From contig CM075996.1 in NCBI GenBank assembly GCA_038087875.1, forward strand, positions 6,822,001-6,886,000: a stretch of 64,000 nucleotides of DNA, written 5' to 3'. Every line of letters starts with the position of its first letter. The stretch's first letter is position 1. Shown one piece after another: positions 62,501-64,000 of the stretch. This DNA is from Malacoraja senta (lineage: Eukaryota). The position numbers were made by a program, and so were the translations under genes. The notes beneath the pieces were generated by a model, which made no database searches, was not told where the DNA came from, and was given only the letters and a program-made list of their open reading frames with translations.

Positions 62501-63859
62501 CTTATCCTGAGTGTGTGGGGGTTCGGACGGAGTTTGGGATCTTGCTGTGCCCTTCGGGTAACTGACCGCGTGGTCGGCAAACTGTAACCCTCTTCCTTCT
62601 GTTTCAGACTCAGCGGAGAACGAGAGTGGGCCCGATACTAAAGGTAGCTCTCCTGATCTTTTTAACCTTTAGAGATACGGCGCGGAAACAGGCCCTTCGG
62701 CCCACTGAGTCTGTGCTGACCAATGATCACCCCGTACAATAGCAATATCCTATACACACTAGGAACAATTTTAAAATATACAGAAGCCTAATTAACTTAC
62801 AGCCCTGTATGTCTTTGGAGTGTGGGAGGAAACCAGAGCACCCAGAGAAAACACAAGCGGTCACTGGGAGAACGTGCAAACTCCGTACAGACGGTACCCA
62901 TAGTCAGGATTGAACCCAGATCTCTGGCGCAACTCTACCGCTGCGCCACCGTGCCGCCCTATTGTACTCATGATTGTGCCACTTAATTGTAACCATGTCC
63001 AGTCTCTCCGCTGACTGGATAGCACGCAACAAAAAAGCTTTTCACTGTACCTCGCTACACATGACAATAAATTGAACCAAACAAAACCAACCTAACCCCA
63101 ACCACACTAAACTAAACTAAACTAAACTAGACTAGACTAACAAACTAAACTGGAGTGGTGATTCTGTCAAACGTTGGGCAACACAGTGGTGCAGCTTGTG
63201 AACAGACAGCTCCATGGACTCATGTTAAATCTGTGAACCTTCCACGCCCGTTTTCCATTTTATAACCATAGCTCCGTTCCTATTTCAGATTCCAAGGAGA
63301 GCGGGGAGAGGAAAATCAAAGTGCTGGGATCCAGAGATGATGACGGTGGGTGGACCTGTGTGTCTGGGGATTGTTGGCCGGGCCGCTGTCGGGGGGCTGG
63401 GTCTGTGAGGATGAACAAAGTGAAGGGTCTTGACCCGAAATGTCGCTGTGCGTTTACCCGATTGTTGAGTTGAGGGGTGACGTTTTCACACAGGCGGTGG
63501 TGGGTGTGCGGTACACGCTGCTGGAGGAGGTAGTTGTTGCAGGTAGTTGCTGCATGGATAGGACAGGTTTGGTGGGATTTGGGCCAAACGCAGGCAGGTG
63601 GACTAGTGTAGATGGGGCATATTGGTCGGGATTGAACTCGGGTCTCTGGCGCTGTGAGGCAGCAACTCTACCGCTGCACCACCTTAGTTAGAATCTCCCT
63701 GGCGTAGTCACCTGTCCTTATCCTGAGTGTGTGGGGGTTCGGACGGAGTTTGGGATCTTGCTGTGCCCTTTGGGTAATTGACCATGTGGTCGGCAAATTG
63801 AAACCCTCTTCCTTCTGTTTCAGACTCAGCGGAGAACGAGAGTGGGCCCGATACTAGAG
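20540..63859 (+). CDS. Partial multi-exon gene: 45 symmetric phase-1 micro-exons encoding a repetitive S-x-E-rich acidic protein (about 670 aa in window); candidate secreted phosphoprotein, Starmaker/SIBLING-like
   Basis: Each exon follows a pyrimidine tract ending in (ttt/ttc)cag (atgcag for exon 25), and all but exon 45 are followed by GT. Lengths are 57, 51 or 36 nt. Nearly every junction G|AY makes an Asp codon. Phase 1 is the only frame open in all exon types: exon 1 has TGA in phase 0 and TAA in phase 2, and B exons have TAA in phase 2. Many differences between copies are synonymous. Span includes introns. Confidence 0.85.
20640..22025 (+). mobile_element. Nested CR1 fragments in the intron after micro-exon 1
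   Basis: Older RT piece ([11 protein letters not shown]...[14 protein letters not shown]) split by a younger CR1 3' end at about 20755-21315. Confidence 0.75.
22268..22303 (+). CDS. micro-exon 2, type [13 protein letters not shown]
   Basis: tttcag|...|gtagtt, 36 nt. Confidence 0.8.
23050..23106 (+). CDS. micro-exon 3, type [20 protein letters not shown]
   Basis: tttcag|...|gtacgt, 57 nt. Confidence 0.8.
23251..23286 (+). CDS. micro-exon 4, type [13 protein letters not shown]
   Basis: tttcag|...|gtagtt, 36 nt. Confidence 0.8.
23429..23464 (+). CDS. micro-exon 5, type [13 protein letters not shown]
   Basis: ttccag|...|gtacgg, 36 nt. Confidence 0.8.
24014..26690 (+). mobile_element. Young 5'-truncated CR1 LINE (end of APE endonuclease plus complete RT, 3' UTR, (ctatgttt)n tail)
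   Basis: ORF open to 26350 with [38 protein letters not shown] and FADD motifs; empty site gggtctcatcttcagac in sister units; ATCT on both sides. Confidence 0.95.
27764..27820 (+). CDS. micro-exon 6, type [20 protein letters not shown]
   Basis: tttcag|...|gtacgt, 57 nt. Confidence 0.8.
27879..28673 (+). mobile_element. 5'-truncated L1-clade LINE 3' end (ORF2 C-terminus, 3' UTR, poly-A)
   Basis: ORF HSFVFC...KKLILKFWK...TWSTFLDLL resembles the fish L1 ORF2 end; poly-A tail; 11-bp TSD acaatgtggaa at 27868-27878 and 28674-28684; empty site near 34944. Confidence 0.88.
29671..29727 (+). CDS. micro-exon 7, type [20 protein letters not shown]
   Basis: tttcag|...|gtacgt, 57 nt. Confidence 0.8.
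29872..29907 (+). CDS. micro-exon 8, type [13 protein letters not shown]
   Basis: tttcag|...|gtagtt, 36 nt. Confidence 0.8.
30050..30085 (+). CDS. micro-exon 9, type [13 protein letters not shown]
   Basis: ttccag|...|gtacgg, 36 nt. Confidence 0.8.
31705..31761 (+). CDS. micro-exon 10, type [20 protein letters not shown]
   Basis: tttcag|...|gtacgt, 57 nt. Confidence 0.8.
32808..32864 (+). CDS. micro-exon 11, type [20 protein letters not shown]
   Basis: tttcag|...|gtacgt, 57 nt. Confidence 0.8.
33009..33044 (+). CDS. micro-exon 12, type [13 protein letters not shown]
   Basis: tttcag|...|gtagtt, 36 nt. Confidence 0.8.
33187..33222 (+). CDS. micro-exon 13, type [13 protein letters not shown]
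   Basis: ttccag|...|gtacgg, 36 nt. Confidence 0.8.
34844..34900 (+). CDS. micro-exon 14, type [20 protein letters not shown]
   Basis: tttcag|...|gtacgt, 57 nt. Confidence 0.8.
35948..36004 (+). CDS. micro-exon 15, type [20 protein letters not shown]
   Basis: tttcag|...|gtacgt, 57 nt. Confidence 0.8.
36155..36190 (+). CDS. micro-exon 16, type [13 protein letters not shown]
   Basis: tttcag|...|gtagtt, 36 nt. Confidence 0.8.
36332..36367 (+). CDS. micro-exon 17, type [13 protein letters not shown]
   Basis: ttccag|...|gtacgg, 36 nt; synonymous GCA>GCT. Confidence 0.8.
37988..38044 (+). CDS. micro-exon 18, type [20 protein letters not shown]
   Basis: tttcag|...|gtacgt, 57 nt. Confidence 0.8.
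39103..39138 (+). CDS. micro-exon 19, type [13 protein letters not shown]
   Basis: ttccag|...|gtacgg, 36 nt. Confidence 0.8.
39420..39735. repeat. (GGAT)n/(GAAT)n microsatellite
   Basis: Direct reading. Confidence 0.97.
40780..40836 (+). CDS. micro-exon 20, type [20 protein letters not shown]
   Basis: tttcag|...|gtacgt, 57 nt. Confidence 0.8.
40985..41020 (+). CDS. micro-exon 21, type [13 protein letters not shown]
   Basis: tttcag|...|gtagtt, 36 nt. Confidence 0.8.
41162..41197 (+). CDS. micro-exon 22, type [13 protein letters not shown]
   Basis: ttccag|...|gtacgg, 36 nt. Confidence 0.8.
42362..42418 (+). CDS. micro-exon 23, diverged type [20 protein letters not shown]
   Basis: ttccag|...|gttcgt, 57 nt. 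Confidence 0.75.
43096..43152 (+). CDS. micro-exon 24, diverged type [20 protein letters not shown]
   Basis: ttccag|...|gtttgt, 57 nt. Confidence 0.75.
43308..43757 (+). mobile_element. CR1 LINE 3' fragment
   Basis: ORF 43308-43670 plus (ctattgt) tail. Confidence 0.9.
44281..44316 (+). CDS. micro-exon 25, unique: [12 protein letters not shown]
   Basis: tttttgatgcag|...|gtgagt, 36 nt. Confidence 0.7.
46308..46364 (+). CDS. micro-exon 26, diverged type A: (N/D)[18 protein letters not shown]
   Basis: ctttcag|...|gtttgt, 57 nt. Confidence 0.75.
47129..47164 (+). CDS. micro-exon 27, type [13 protein letters not shown]
   Basis: tttcag|...|gtagtt, 36 nt. Confidence 0.8.
47493..47822. mobile_element. 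PIF/Harbinger-type MITE
   Basis: Same family as 7849-8141 in the opposite orientation; TAA TSD. Confidence 0.85.
47830..48823 (+). mobile_element. Vingi/Ingi-type LINE 3' fragment, interrupted
   Basis: [13 protein letters not shown]...KWG...TCD motif; acgcaagaagaag tail. Confidence 0.65.
49415..49450 (+). CDS. micro-exon 28, type [13 protein letters not shown]
   Basis: ttccag|...|gtacgg, 36 nt. Confidence 0.8.
49689..49926. mobile_element. PIF/Harbinger-type MITE
   Basis: TIR agggcctgtcccactttcac; TTA TSD splitting gagttactcc. Confidence 0.85.
50255..50290 (+). CDS. micro-exon 29, type [13 protein letters not shown]
   Basis: tttcag|...|gtaatt, 36 nt; synonymous TCA, GGC, CCA. Confidence 0.8.
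51018..51545 (+). mobile_element. CR1 LINE 3' fragment
   Basis: [20 protein letters not shown]...[10 protein letters not shown] plus (ctatgttt) tail. Confidence 0.9.
52065..52100 (+). CDS. micro-exon 30, type [13 protein letters not shown]
   Basis: tttcag|...|gtatag, 36 nt; four synonymous changes versus exon 28. Confidence 0.8.
53034..53084 (+). CDS. micro-exon 31, diverged type [18 protein letters not shown]
   Basis: ttccag|...|gttggt, 51 nt (two codons shorter, frame kept). Confidence 0.7.
54186..54221 (+). CDS. micro-exon 32, type [13 protein letters not shown]
   Basis: ttccag|...|gtaact, 36 nt. Confidence 0.78.
54487..54543 (+). CDS. micro-exon 33, diverged type [20 protein letters not shown]
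   Basis: ttccag|...|gtttgt, 57 nt. Confidence 0.75.
55259..55467. mobile_element. PIF/Harbinger-type MITE, CpG-rich
   Basis: Imperfect TIR agggcctg...tggccgtcatttgcgcgt; inserted in a SINE. Confidence 0.7.
55588..55623 (+). CDS. micro-exon 34, type [13 protein letters not shown]
   Basis: tttcag|...|gtagtt, 36 nt. Confidence 0.8.
56407..56442 (+). CDS. micro-exon 35, type [13 protein letters not shown]
   Basis: ttccag|...|gtacgg, 36 nt. Confidence 0.8.
56615..57582 (+). mobile_element. Degenerate CR1 LINE RT C-terminus and 3' end
   Basis: KFADDT remnant, ORFs 56676-56909 and 56912-57427, tail. Confidence 0.9.
57821..57877 (+). CDS. micro-exon 36, type [20 protein letters not shown]
   Basis: tttcag|...|gtgggt, 57 nt. 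Confidence 0.8.
58362..58397 (+). CDS. micro-exon 37, type [13 protein letters not shown]
   Basis: tttcag|...|gtagct, 36 nt. Confidence 0.8.
59048..59104 (+). CDS. micro-exon 38, type [20 protein letters not shown]
   Basis: tttcag|...|gtgggt, 57 nt. Confidence 0.8.
59584..59619 (+). CDS. micro-exon 39, type [13 protein letters not shown]
   Basis: tttcag|...|gtagct, 36 nt. Confidence 0.8.
60333..60389 (+). CDS. micro-exon 40, type [20 protein letters not shown]
   Basis: tttcag|...|gtgggt, 57 nt. Confidence 0.8.
61385..61420 (+). CDS. micro-exon 41, type [13 protein letters not shown]
   Basis: tttcag|...|gtagct, 36 nt. Confidence 0.8.
62069..62125 (+). CDS. micro-exon 42, type [20 protein letters not shown]
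   Basis: tttcag|...|gtgggt, 57 nt. Confidence 0.8.
62608..62643 (+). CDS. micro-exon 43, type [13 protein letters not shown]
   Basis: tttcag|...|gtagct, 36 nt. Confidence 0.8.
63289..63345 (+). CDS. micro-exon 44, type [20 protein letters not shown]
   Basis: tttcag|...|gtgggt, 57 nt. Confidence 0.8.
63824..63859 (+). CDS. micro-exon 45, type B with damaged donor: [12 protein letters not shown]
   Basis: Acceptor intact; 3' end reads ACTAGAGTAGTT instead of ACTAAAG|GTAGTT (one base short). Confidence 0.45.
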
Positions 63860-64000
63860 TAGTTCTCCTGATCTTTTTATCCCTTAGAGATACGGCGCGG
63901 AAAATTATAATAGGACAGGACAAGCTAGATGCAGGAAAAATGTCCCCAATGTTGGGCGAGTCCAGAACCAGGGGCCACAGTCTTAGAATAAAGGGGAGGC

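Larger units (their letters stand above)
57600..63900. repeat. Tandem array of about 1.22 kb units (5 copies), each carrying exons A-B
   Basis: A exons at 57821/59048/60333/62069/63289 and B exons at 58362/59584/61385/62608/63824 with near-identical intron sequence; boundaries approximate. Confidence 0.9.

Noticed and set aside
20540..63859. CRISPR-like or satellite interpretation of the spaced 36-57 nt repeats
   Set aside because: Eukaryotic context, splice signals at both ends, codon-wise substitution pattern and spacing of 0.14-4.3 kb indicate exons

Overview
Repeat-dense eukaryotic DNA. The repeat content (V-domain tRNA SINEs with CR1-type tails, CR1 LINEs, Penelope GIY-YIG fragments) points to a cartilaginous fish, probably a skate or ray (inference). 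Most ORFs in the supplied track are transposon fragments or microsatellite artefacts. The main signal is not visible in the ORF track: from 20540 to about 63859 on the + strand lie 45 micro-exons (36, 51 or 57 nt). 44 are cleanly AG/GT-bounded and phase 1-1; the last has a damaged donor. Spliced together they give about 670 aa of Ser/Asp/Glu/Lys/Arg-rich repeats, each starting (D)-S-x-E, a FAM20C-type phosphorylation motif. Synonymous changes between copies support a real coding gene, probably a secreted acidic phosphoprotein resembling Starmaker/OMM-64 or SIBLING proteins (hypothesis). The gene has grown by tandem duplication of exon-plus-intron blocks (about 3.14 kb and about 1.22 kb arrays), and young CR1 and L1 insertions mark single units. 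No start codon or terminal exon was identified, and a 200-N gap lies just upstream.
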